This document shows, piece after piece, positions 1-12,500 of a stretch of DNA of 25,673 nt. The translations under genes and the position numbers were made by a program. The notes under the pieces are model-generated. The model searched no databases. It was not told the origin of the DNA and saw only the letters and a program-made list of their open reading frames with translations. The first letter of the stretch is position 1, and every line of letters starts with the position of its first letter. Origin of the DNA: Tubiluchus corallicola (lineage: Eukaryota > Animalia > Priapulida); assembly GCA_030141605.1 (NCBI GenBank), contig JAQGDQ010001783.1, forward strand, positions 1 through 25,673. Direction: 5' to 3'.

Positions 1-87
1 ACACAAATCAAGTTTACACAATTTAGGTTTACACAATTCAAGTTTAAATAATTTAAGTTTACACAATTCACGTTTACACAGTTTAAG
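1..87. repeat. 15-bp tandem repeat (acacaattcaagttt), about 6 copies, possibly cut by the window edge
   Basis: Direct inspection. Confidence 0.85.
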
Positions 88-401
88 AAGTTCAAAATTT
101 CAGTTTCCGAATTTTTCTGGGGGCAAAGTCAGTTATAATTTCTGAAAAGTCCATTTTTTTCAACATATCTGACTCAATATGCATCAGTGATAAATTGTCT
201 GATGATCATCTGATGATCAGTGATCATCTCGTGATACGACGAGAGCTCCACAAAAACACGTCAGCTCAGTAGTGTAGCAACATTTAAAAGGCCCGTTCCA
301 AGCTCAAGCCTAAGGCCGATAAAATCATAATCCGCCGCTGGTGGTATGGGTGTTGTAAGCTTGGAAATAAGGTAGTGCTCTTCTGAGATATGCCAGGATT
401 A

Positions 402-626
402 TAATCGTAAAAGAAGTTGAAAACCCCATAAATTTCAAAAAAATCTATTTTTTCTGCAGAAGCTTTTGTCGTCTCGGACCTCATCACCTGCACGCAAAGA
501 CACAAAAGTTACAAAAAGATACATTGTATCTTTTTGCGCAGCTGATAAGGTCCGAGAAGACGAAAGCTTCTAAAGAAAAGTAAGGAATTTTAAGATTTAT
601 GGGCATTTTAACTTCTTTTACGATTA
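402..626. repeat. Long imperfect inverted repeat / foldback, likely the core of a palindromic non-autonomous element
   Basis: taatcgtaaaagaagtt..agaagctttt..tctcggacc (402-505) pairs with ggtccgaga..aagcttct..aacttcttttacgatta (525-626); central caaaaagatac/gtatctttttg palindrome. Confidence 0.8.
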
Positions 627-908
627 GGTTTTGTAAGCTCGTGTTGACTAACTGACTCGTCTTATTACATCACTGCTAAACTAAGATCTCAAAATTATCA
701 TCCTGTACGAATAATGGTATAACATGTCGAAACACGACAACAATTTATAACTATGCCATCAAACTATTTGACTTTACAGTAAACTCAGTATTTTAAAATT
801 TCATAGATGGAGTTGTCGAATTTTCCAGAACCCAAACTCTTCAGTGTGATTAGCTTGAAAAAAATGTAACAAACAACAAATATGAAAAATTATGCACTTC
901 ACTTTTCA

Positions 909-914
909 TTTATT
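909..914 (-). promoter_or_regulatory. Candidate polyadenylation signal AATAAA of the LLTP gene (3' UTR about 890-2066)
   Basis: tttatt on + strand, followed on - strand by a GT/T-rich tract (ttttcatatttgttgtttgtt, about 870-890). A second AATAAA lies at 1179-1184. Confidence 0.5.
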
Positions 915-2066
915 AATATTTTCACTTTTATAAACTGAGTTACAAGCAGGCACACTCCACGTCTCTTCTCCGAGACAAAGTCATATATTTTACAAACACA
1001 ATTATAGACAAAATAGTTACTTATATTACACATAAAGCCAAAGTGTTAACTCTAAACATTTTGCATTGATTAGGGATCACAAATCTCACAGAAAAGCATA
1101 ACAACTATAAATACTGACAGTTAAGAAACTATCTACATATAAACAACTAAATAATACATCATGATATGAGCACTTTGTTTTATTCGTTTTGCTGCTTTTC
1201 AATCTACTAAAGTTTTCAAACCAAAGTTCGAATGTTCCAAATCTTTCTCGTGATAAACTGATTTCAAAAAGGATGTTACGCCATTAATAACTGTAAGTAA
1301 AAATGATGATAGGACTAGATATCTTTAAAACCGATTAAATGGTGCAAGATGTTGCTGATATGGAAGACGGCAAGCAAATTCGATGTTAAGACAGATATAG
1401 AAAACCAGCACCGTGTACTTAAATGCAGTCAGGTGTTTGATAAAACGAGTGCTACCATGTATTAACACATGTTGTTGCTAAGTAAATACAGTAACACTAA
1501 TTATATTCATGTTACAAGATATCTCACTTAACGTATGCTAAATAACAAAAGAAGCAGACATTGTCAAACTTAAAAGAAAACAGAATGAAAAGGGGTTTTA
1601 GACGAGAAATTACAGTATTTCAAACAAATGTCCAATTCTAAGTATGAATGCTGATATTTTATGTTTTAAATCTGACAAAATTTTTCTTGAAGTTGAGTTA
1701 TCATATGTAAAACTGCATACTTCTGTCTTTTGCTATTTCGCGGTGTGTAAAAACCAAATGTAAGCGCATTCGACAACACATTTTGTGTTTTGCACAAAAT
1801 TCCTGGCTGCCATAATAAAACTGCTTTAAAAATCATAGAACTGACAATACTGTCTACACGCTACGCTAACAATTAATACGTTAAATGACTGTTATCAAAC
1901 AATACTAGGTTACTAGCTGTAATAATTAAACATCAGACAATGCAATATAATATATCACAACAAAGTAGAATATAGGCACGCACGGCTACAATATAGAAAC
2001 TAATGAGACAATCACTAGTAAATTATGTACTCAGGCGCGAAGGCACATGATATAAAAGATAGTTGT

Positions 2067-2234
2067 TTAGAAAAAAGTTGTAGGTTTGCCTCGACGAGCT
2101 GCTTTCTTCAGATCACGATTAAGCTTGGCTCTGTTGTTTTTCTTGCGCTTTACCTTTGATTTCATCTTTTTGGGAGATGGATTTTCATCGTCGTCATCGT
2201 CATCATCTTCATAGTTATATTCTTCTGGGAACAT
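2067..2234 (-). CDS. LLTP terminal exon 27 (MFPEEYNYEDDDDDDDENPSPKKMKSKVKRKKNNRAKLNRDLKKAARRGKPTTFF*)
   Basis: attttag acceptor, phase 0 matches exon 26; 56 codons including TAA. Confidence 0.82.
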   Translation of the reverse strand: MFPEEYNYEDDDDDDDENPSPKKMKSKVKRKKNNRAKLNRDLKKAARRGKPTTFF

Positions 2235-5200
2235 CTAAAATAATACACACTGTCAGATCTTGACTTACTTCACAGACAGAAAAATTCGAAGTGCAATTAG
2301 AGGCAGCGAAATTTATGTAATAATGCAAGTAATAATTCATTTGATAGAGCTTCAGGCTAACAACTAACTACTGTAGAAATGCCAAGAATTTTCTGTAGTT
2401 AATTTTTGCTTTAATTACTATTTCCGCTTTTTGTTTAATAGAATAAATACAGTGGCTCACTGTTATCTTAGCTTTAAGAACAGTGACTGTCTTTTGGCTA
2501 ATAGCAAACTACCGAAAAACCATACAATAATGATTGCTTCTCATTGTTTAGTAATTTACTGAATGCTCTCAAATTCTTTTTTTTACTTTTTTCTAGTTTC
2601 TAAACAGTAAACATGACCAACAGTAGAAGAACAATCCTAATTACACAACCTTACAAAGCCATTAGCACTGACCACTAATATACAGTCAAACTTCTTTAAA
2701 CCATCTACTTTGCGACTGCAAAAAAAAGTTGGCATTATAACGAGATGCATTTAACACAAATATCTACAAATATGCAAACACAGACATATTGTTTTGCCAA
2801 AAATGTGGGCACTAAATGAGGTCAGCATTATAAAAGGGCCAAGGGTTTGACTGTATTGGCTATGTAAGTGATATAAGTTTACGTAGATAAAGTTTAATAA
2901 CACGACATGTTTCAAAACTAAATAATGGTCCCATCTATAAAGCAGCTGATAAACCTACAGTACCTACCTTTACAAATGACAGAGGTTTTGGCATCTCGCA
3001 AGGTCGGCAAATAGGTAAGGCATCTCCTCGTTCCGTTTCACTACAGATGCACGTTTGGCAATCATTGGGTACTGCCGTCTTGGCAATCCTTCGAGCGAAG
3101 ACATCGCGGAATTTCTTCTGCACTATTGGTTTAGGGAAAATAAACCTGAAAATGAATAAAATGATAATATTTTTAATTGAACAAATTTATTTACCAGTGG
3201 CGGAAAAAACAAAAAACTGGCATTTGACCAAACTTTTGGTGCATTCTACTTTGAAGCCTCATGAGACAGTTTTAACTATGGCGACTTGTGGACAGTTTTG
3301 GTTTGCAAGCACACATGATGAAAATTTTAATTCGGCAGTTTTTTTTGCTTACAACATGAAAATGACAAACTTACTTGCTGGTAACAAACATAGTTCCATT
3401 TGTCTCATATGCCATAGCTGTGCAAATGTCTTTAGGCATGATAACAAGTGTGTATAGTGATGGATCTCCCTCGATGTAATCATCCTTTACGTCTTTATCT
3501 GTATACACGGAACTACCATCCATACCTGCAATGCAAAATGAATACTTATTGTGATTTCATTGTTAAATATAAAATGTCATATTCCCTAGTTTGTAGCTTT
3601 ATACGTATTGCCATCGTATGATTTATAAAGTATTACCCTGCTGTGGATACAAAGAAAAAAATGCAAGTTTCAAGTCACTGCAAATAACAAATGCCAATAA
3701 TTTGTAATAAGTACTTTCACAGACAGATGGCTAAAGTCAGAACTCAAGTTCTTGGTAAAATATCTTTACAAAAAAAGAAATTACAATAGGTGCCATTTAT
3801 TAGACTCACGGTTAATAGAATCGTCGCTTAATTGACTCAAAAATGTATGGTACGGGCGGGTCCTATTCAAATGTTTACGAAAACTGTCAGTAATTGACTC
3901 AAATAACTCCACGTAATTGACTCAATATTTTTCCTTCATGTACTAAAAATAAGACACTTGTGTGTGCCCATAGAGCCTACGCTGCTTTTATGTCATCTTT
4001 ACGTCGATTTTGTGCACTCTAATATACTTAGAAACAGTCATGTTAAGTACAGCTTTGTTTGTAAGCAGGTACGGGTACATTTATCATATGAGCTAATATG
4101 CTCGCCTAGCAGTTTTGCTACTAATCTGTCACGCGTTTGTCTGCTGCAGTTAACCTTGTTGTTTCTGGAAGTTAAGCATTTAATCACTTGCCCAGCAGTT
4201 TACTTTTGAAACTCCCACTGCTTTTCACAGGGTAAACAAGGTCATCACCAACTGCAGCTCAAGCACTAGGTGACTAGGTGTTTTGCATATACAGCACACA
4301 GCAATAACTTTTCAACACTTTTATCAGTATGCGAACTTCATAAAACGACTTCTCTGTGAAGAAATAAAGCAGCCGACCTTTCACAAATGTTTGTAATTTT
4401 TAGTGGTAATAATCAGATATGAGCAATTTTTTTATTTTCTTTTTATTAATTTACTTATATAAACTAGTATTCTTAAATAGTAATTGCACATAGGAATTTT
4501 GACATTTATTCGTTTCTAAAATCCATTTAAAGCCTTTGCAATGCATACTAAAGTGATGAATCATGACTCATATTTTTATAGTAGTAATACAATAATAGTC
4601 TACAGCCGCTATACCCATCGGCTAATTGATTCACTCGGTGTTTGGGTCAAAATACTTCTATCACAAAGTGAGTTTATTAAGCGGCACTTACTATATTATA
4701 AAATTCGGTATTGCCAATGTATAAACATTGAATAGTATCTTAACAACATATAGACTAGCAATCAGAATGTATCCCGGTCTACCATTTGGTAAAAAAAGTC
4801 AAGCAAGCCAAGAGTACACACACATGCACGTACGCACGCACACACACACACACATACCTAGGAGGCCTTTGCTTTTCTTCACTGATTTTGGTCCTTTAAA
4901 TCTCAAGTTGAAGTCGTACAGCATGTGTAGCGTAACATCTTTCTCGAGCATTTGACGTTGAACGTCCGTGTAATCCAACTAGAAAAAGCAATTACTTTGT
5001 CATGGCAATTTCTCGCAAATACAGGAGAACATGTCACGCTTAAAAATATACTAATTTTCATTTAAAAAAATACAAAGCAAAAATCTGTTTATAGCATCTG
5101 CAATTCAGATGATATAGCTTTCATTTTACGCAGCAGCACATGAACAATTTTCACTAATTCTGATAATAATACTTATATCTTATTACAACCAAAACAAATT

Positions 5201-6527
5201 GAACTACAGATAAAAACTCAAAACGTAAATGAGTTAAAAGCCATATTTAAAACATAGACAACACAATGTCTTATTAATTAACAAAGAGCCATCCCAGGTT
5301 TGATAAACCATCCCTGAATTAATTACTGAATTATAACTTCTACACACGTTCGGCATACACAGATGCACATTTTACGAGACAAGTAAGTAAGTAATTAAGT
5401 TTATTAAAATAAATACATTACTGTTAAAAAACTAAATTACTGTGTTTACAGAAATATTAAAAAAATTATTAGAAATAATTAAAATTAAAAAGCCACGATA
5501 ATTTGCTAAATAGTATTAATTTTCCATACATCTTATATAAAAATACATAATTAAAATAAATCAATCACATAACAAGAACAAAACATGAGTTATGCACATC
5601 AACTATTAAAAAAATCGAATTAAATTTTCCAGAATGTTTAATTTGATTTTCTGTGATTTTTGCCATTCAATAATCTAATTATAATTAAATGTAATTGTAA
5701 AGGCAATGCAAAATATCGTATAGATGCAGGTACAAAGAAACAAGTAACATATAATAATACTTCAACAAATTTCTCAATACTTACAGACATAAAATCAGGA
5801 TTGCAGCCAGAACAAGTCACAAGAATAACAGTTTTGGATACACCGACACGGAATGGCAGATTGATGGCAAATTGCAATGCTTTTAGTGTATCGTTATTGC
5901 CCGGCCTGTCAAAAGTCAGGTCGTCGAATGCCAAAGCGTGTACTTCCTTGGTGAATATTTCACCTTTGGCAGTGTGAATGTGTGGTTCATCAAATATACC
6001 ACTTCCACCATAGCCTAAGTATAAATAAAATAATTGTTGGGAAGAATTCTCTCTATTTGCCACTTAATCTATGGTTATACTTATTCAGAATTGCCTGTAA
6101 AACTTGGCTTCATTATATGCATTTAATAGGTCGGCCAATCAGAACTGAATACAATTTTTACTCTACTCCTTGAAAGCGAAGAAATCGTTCGCTTTTCTGT
6201 AATGTTGATTTTTAAAAATAAAAGTTTTGTGATCACCTCAAAACAGTAATTAACAATTCAATCAAGTACTGTTAGCAAGTATTTACTTTACAGACAAAAT
6301 GAACAATAAGCAAGAAGATAATGTTGTTACATTTCATCTCACGAAAGAGAGATTAAAATCCTGAAACAACCAATGATTTTTTGTCAAACTTGGCATAATT
6401 TCCATAATGATACTTGACCTAGATTGCAATTATCTTAACCAAATTTGTTAACAACTCTAGTCACCTCATTTCTTTCATCAATACAGTTGCAAATTTTTTA
6501 CTCAACAGTTAGAAATTATCAATATTC

Positions 6528-6580
<53 letters not shown>

Positions 6581-9500
6581 GTAATAGTAATAGTAATAGT
6601 AATAATAATAATAATCGCTGACGACAAGTCCAGTGATGACACCTTAAATAACTTATTTCCAAGGTGGCCCAGATTATTATTACCAGCACATTACTTCAAT
6701 AAACCCGTGTGCTTGGTCAAAGAAGTAGCAGTACGATTTTTCAAGTCGATGGTATGACTCAGTCGAGAGTTGAACCCGCGACCTTCCAGGTAGGAAGGAA
6801 GCGTGCCACTATTGAGCTATATCTCCTCTGGTCAATAATCTAAATCATTTTCTCTTTCCAAACTCATTACTCACAAAACTAGTATTAAAATCTGTTGCAG
6901 ATCAAAATTATTAAATCAAAAGCTAGTAAGTGACAAGCACAATTCTTACCGACAAGAGTGTAATGGTTGTTGAGTTTTCCAGACGACACTAAAGCTTTGT
7001 CAAGATCTTCTGCTAGCTCCATGAGACCTTTGCTGGGCTCACTGTTACAGGGTTTGTGCTCCACGACAAATACAACATCAGCAGACTGAGGTGCCAGTAT
7101 GCCATTTTCAATCTTAATCTCATACTGTTCATTCCTGTTAAACAGAGTTCCATCCGGTTGCACGCATTTCACTGAAAGAGGCACAAACAGCTGTACAGTT
7201 TACAGTAAAATAACTTGTCAAGGAACAACTTATGGAGTTTAAGATTCCCAAAACAACTTCTATTTACATTATTAATCAGGGGTGTGCAAACTGCGGCCCG
7301 CCGAGAGATCTTGTGCCGCGAAGAGGTTTGTCAACGTAATGAAAGTGCAGCCCACGCAATCCCGCTGAAGTCTACGCCAATATCGCAAAGATAGTGCGGG
7401 TAGTTTTTTCCTCTAGATCGGATGGCATTAACCCTTACAAGACCGTTGTCACTTAATGTCACTGTCAGACATGACAAAATATATGGTTTTTAATATAAAT
7501 TTTAATAGCTTTTAAAAGAGTTTCTTGAGTGTAGTGTGCAGTAGTAATGATGTGTGCAAATCTGATGCAGAAATTCGTTATTAGGTCCTACTATACTTGG
7601 CTCCTTGACCAAACTGCATGTGGCCCACAGGAATTGCGGGAAAGTTTAATGTGGCCAGGCTAGTCAGATAATTTGCACACCCCTGTTATAAATAAACAAA
7701 AATGTGTCTGTTATAATCAAAAGGCTGAACTGTGTTTTTGAAACTCAGACATCAGACTGTGATAAGAATATTAAAGAAAATATCAAGAAGAAATACTTGC
7801 TATGAAGCTAACTAAGAGTCTCAATCTTAAATTCAAGAAGAAATGGTTATAAAAGAGGCAACAGTGCCGAATCAAAATCACACATTTAATGCTAAAATTT
7901 AAATATTCACGACGTGCATATTAGTAGCAATGCAAGTTGTTTAAAATAAAATATCACGCAGTACAGTTAACTGCACTGCACTACAGTGCTACATGTGTTT
8001 GGGTTCATTAAAACACATAAACTAAGTGTTGTAGAGAAAAGACACTTTAATTGAAATTATAAAGTTTGCTGAGAACCATTCAGACATTTTAGTACAAAAA
8101 CTGAATAAGACAAGAAAGGAAATCTTCTGAAAACAAAGATCATAATTGTAATGCAATTACACAACTACACTGATCCATCTGCCGTGATATTACAGGTTAT
8201 CAATTATCATTAGAATGTCTTACAACATGTACTATAAAAAAACTTTGCATCTTTTAAGTTTTTTTGTTATCAAGACACATCAAAAACGTTGGATGGCACA
8301 AAACATGATGCCAATGTCTCAGTTAATTAGTTAAGACTGAAATAATCAAGCAAGTCAACTAACCGCACTCAGCTGGTAACTGAATGTCAACTCCTTTTTC
8401 ACGACAGAATTCAACATAAGCTTTAGATGATGTACATTTCTCTTCATTAGTGGCGTCAAAGACATCATTGTAACACATTTGCAAATAAGGTTCTGGGTCA
8501 ACCTGAAAGTAACTCATTTTAAATGATGTTGTAACTTTTCCATAAGAACAGAAACAGTAGTTAATGACTGACTAACTGACCAACCGACCGGCTTGTTAGG
8601 CTACATTTCAGATGTGCAGTTCAACGATTGCAAAATGCTGTAATATTTATCAGCAAGACTGGTTTAGTTTGACATCATGATAACTTGCTTTTATTTCCTA
8701 GATTCCCGATTGTTTGATCAACTTTTTTCAAGAAAACTCTGGCAACTATGTAATGAATGACAAAACTAACGATACATTCGAGGTTCGTGTCTCTTGCATT
8801 TCTTATTATCGTATGCAAATTAATGATTTAGATGAAACTTTCTTAACTACAGACCTTAACTTAGTTAAATCACTTCATTTGCATTCACAAAATATAAATA
8901 TAATCTTGTGGGTAGAACAGCACTGCAATATCTTGAATAGAATATTAGCATCCTTGCTGTAAATGCTGCTAAGGTTCATTATCTTGAATAGAATACTAGC
9001 ATCACTACTATAAATGCCATCAATGTTTACATCTTGATTTATTAGTGATGACCACAAAGAAAAATTGTCTCCAACAATCACCGCGCTCACCTGTCCAAAA
9101 CATCGTCTAAACTCAGAATACTGGCTTTGGAAAAGCTCAGAGCAAGTGTCATATGCAACATCATTGTAGACATCAGCAGGGTCAGGCAAATCTAACTCAA
9201 CTGCTTTATTACGAGGGTTCTTACAAGGTCCATACGCCCATGTTGATGTGAATGTTGCGGTATTTTCAACAACATCGTGAGTAAGTGTCGTCATTTCATT
9301 ATGCTGCTCGTTGTCATAAGTTCCTATAAGAACAGAATTATAGCTTTATTCACATTAACAGAGCAAGAGAAGAAAAGGCAAAGGACAGTGTTACTGTTAC
9401 TGTCATTATGTTACTGGCATGAAACTACAGTAAACAAGCTGCTTTATATTGATATGTCATAATTCTAGTATAAAGATTTTTAAAACCTAGTTTTATCAGT

Positions 9501-12500
9501 GCCAGTGGGAAGGTTCAACAAGACATCTGGGGGTGGGAGGGTGGTGGAGGGAGAGTCTTCTCTGTATATGCGTAACATTTGCAGAACAGATTGCCGTGTC
9601 ATCTACGTGACAGCGAATCAAAGGATTGTTTTAAGCGCAGATTAAAGTCATACCTGTTTTCAATTTCATACACACTGTAATAACTATTTGTACTAGATTT
9701 GTCTCATCCTCGTTTTTATATCACATATTATTATTTTATCACAGACTTTCAATCAGAAGCAAATCTAGCTGCAGCTAATTTTACTTAATTCTCATTTCAC
9801 CTGATTGCTATTATATATCATATTTTTCAATCTATTTAAAGAATTTTTGAGTGTGTGGCTAATCTATTACTGTTTTTGAATATCTGCTTTTCAAAACTTA
9901 CAACTTATTGTATTTCATTGTAACAAGTGACGAGACGCAGTGCACTGCTTATAAAAAAGTAAATTATTATTATTATTTCAAATAAACAAAGATACTCCTT
10001 AATAATATCAACAAAAATAACCATCGTTTTAAGTTGGTTTTTAGACCAACAAATAAGTTATGAAGCTTGTATTTCCCACCAAGAATAACAAAGTAAATCT
10101 ACACAACAACGATTATTATTACACAAGTTATTTCGAAAAAACCACGTGTTTGTACAAAGAACCGGCAAAATTGTTTCTCAAATTTTGGTACAAGTTGCCT
10201 ACGGAATTAAACCCAAACCTCCCAAGCAGAAAGGAAGCTTACAACGGAGCTAGTGTTGTGGCACAATCACTTGATCACTTACGCACAATGGAGCTAGTAT
10301 TGTGGCACAATCACTTGATCACCTACACACAACGGAGCTAGTGTTGTGGCACAATCACTTGATCACTTACACACAATGGAGCTAGTGTTGTGGCACAATC
10401 ACTTGATCACTTACGCACAACAGAGCTAGTGTTGTGGCACAATCACTTGATCACTTACCAAAAAGGCCAGCAAGCTTTCCAAAATGCCATCCACTAACAT
10501 TGACTTTGCATACGTCATATTGCCAATTACACGTGACAGTAAACCCATGGATGTTATGTACAATAACTTCATTTCCTGAACGGATCACAGTGGTGTTGTC
10601 TCGCTCAATCGGAAGATCTTGCATCTTGTCGTTAACGTAAACCTAAAAATTTCACGATATAAAAATAATTAAAACAAATTTTTGTAACTAAATGGCAACA
10701 AACAAAAAGTCACATATTTCTGACATAGATACACATACATGATTCTCACATACACTATACACACATACACGATACATACATCCATAATACACACATACAT
10801 GATACACACATACACGATAGACACGCACACGATACACATACGCGATACACACATATGCGATACACATATATGCAATACTCAAAGTCCACGATACACACAC
10901 AATACACACGTACATGATAGACACATGCACAATACACAATACATACATAAGGGATACACACATGCGATATACACGTACACAATACACACCTATACGATAG
11001 ACACATACGATACACACGTACGCGATAGACACACATGCGATACACATGTACACACCACACATGTATACAATAGACACACATAGGATACACATGTATGCGA
11101 TAGACACACATACGATACACACGTACACAATACACACACATACACACAGATAATACACACATACTCTGTTCTCAAAATTCAGCTTTGCTGTTTCAATTTA
11201 CCTTGAAGTCGGGTTTAATTTCAATGTTGCTCTTTCCGGTTAAAACAATAATGCTTTTCTTTGTAGGTTTAGACTCGACAGTTGTATAATCAATTATTAC
11301 GCTAAACATTCCTCCTATGAAGTCATGAGTGAGAACGTAATTGCAGCCGCCACTTGCAAATTCATACGGTTTGCCATCAAATGTTACATAATGTTGACTT
11401 CCAGCCTGAATTGCCATGCCTAAAACACAGAAATTATATCTATCTGGTTCTATATAGAGGCTCAATAGCGATTCAATAGACGAAACTTTGGCAGTGAGTT
11501 AAGATCTTGCATAAGTTTACAGTTTATTAAAATTTGCACATATTATACATTTGTACATACATGTTTACATGCGTTTGTGCAACAATAAAAGATACATAAA
11601 GACACATAACATACCTTCAAAAGGTGGCAGCCATTTTCTAATCTCGTTGGAAGGTTTGTATGCATAGTATGAATCCCAGGGACTGTATGTACTGTCAGGA
11701 ATCAAAGGCTTAACACGTCTCCAAGTTCTTCTCAATGTGATATATTCCGGCATTTGTTCTAAGTAAAATAAAACAATTATTAATTTTAACTAATTAATAA
11801 CTCTCAAATATTGTATGCTGCAAACTTTTCATAACAATACTTAAATGTAAAGCTTTGCTTTGTTAATACATTCGGGGCATTAGTTAAAAAGTTTCATAAA
11901 GCTTCACTTAAGTAATTATGCCAAAGGGTTTATTTGATATTTTCGCACAATTTTATAAAAGTTAATATGCTATAACAACTGGAAAGCGTAAACAATGGAC
12001 ATTGGTAGAATAAAATGGATTTCCTTACAATAATGCATTTGCAAATAAACATTTCGCATAGATTACTACTCTTAAAGCAAATTGGGTGAGACAAAGTACA
12101 CAAAGCATTTTCATGATTTGTCATAATAAAGAATTCAACAACATGTTAGCAGAGTGGCACAGTTTTGGTTCCACTAAGTGTACTATTTTTGTGACCCAGG
12201 ACACATCAACAGCACTTACCAATAAGAGGGAATTCGTTAAAATCAACCCACTCAAATGGCAGGAATATATCAAGCATGATTTCTCCATTTTTGACATCAT
12301 TTACAATAAAGTGTATTGGCTCTTTGTAATTCCATTTGGTAACACTTTCCAGATAATTCTTCAATTGGTCTGTCAAGTACTTTTTAAATTCAAATTGCTC
12401 AACCTGAAAAATACAATATTTCTTATAATTTTCAAAAATATCTCACTTACCTTATATGATAACAGGAAGTCCTCTAATGGTTTTTCTGAATTGCAAAATT

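Noticed and set aside
3958-4735. Transposase ORFs within the MITEs (also 14337-14525, 14861-15061, 20759-20959)
   Set aside because: Short, with no DDE/HTH motifs recognisable; the elements look non-autonomous.
6760-6831. Functional tRNA gene (also about 16960-17030 and 23508-23566)
   Set aside because: I could not fold a complete cloverleaf; the first two are heads of a repeated SINE and the third is degenerate.
10241-10458. CRISPR-like array
   Set aside because: Units are contiguous near-identical 44-mers with no unique spacers, in a eukaryotic intron with no cas genes.
10669-11175. Five overlapping Cys/Val/Tyr- or His/Thr-rich ORFs
   Set aside because: Translations of the CA/TA minisatellite inside a GT-AG intron.
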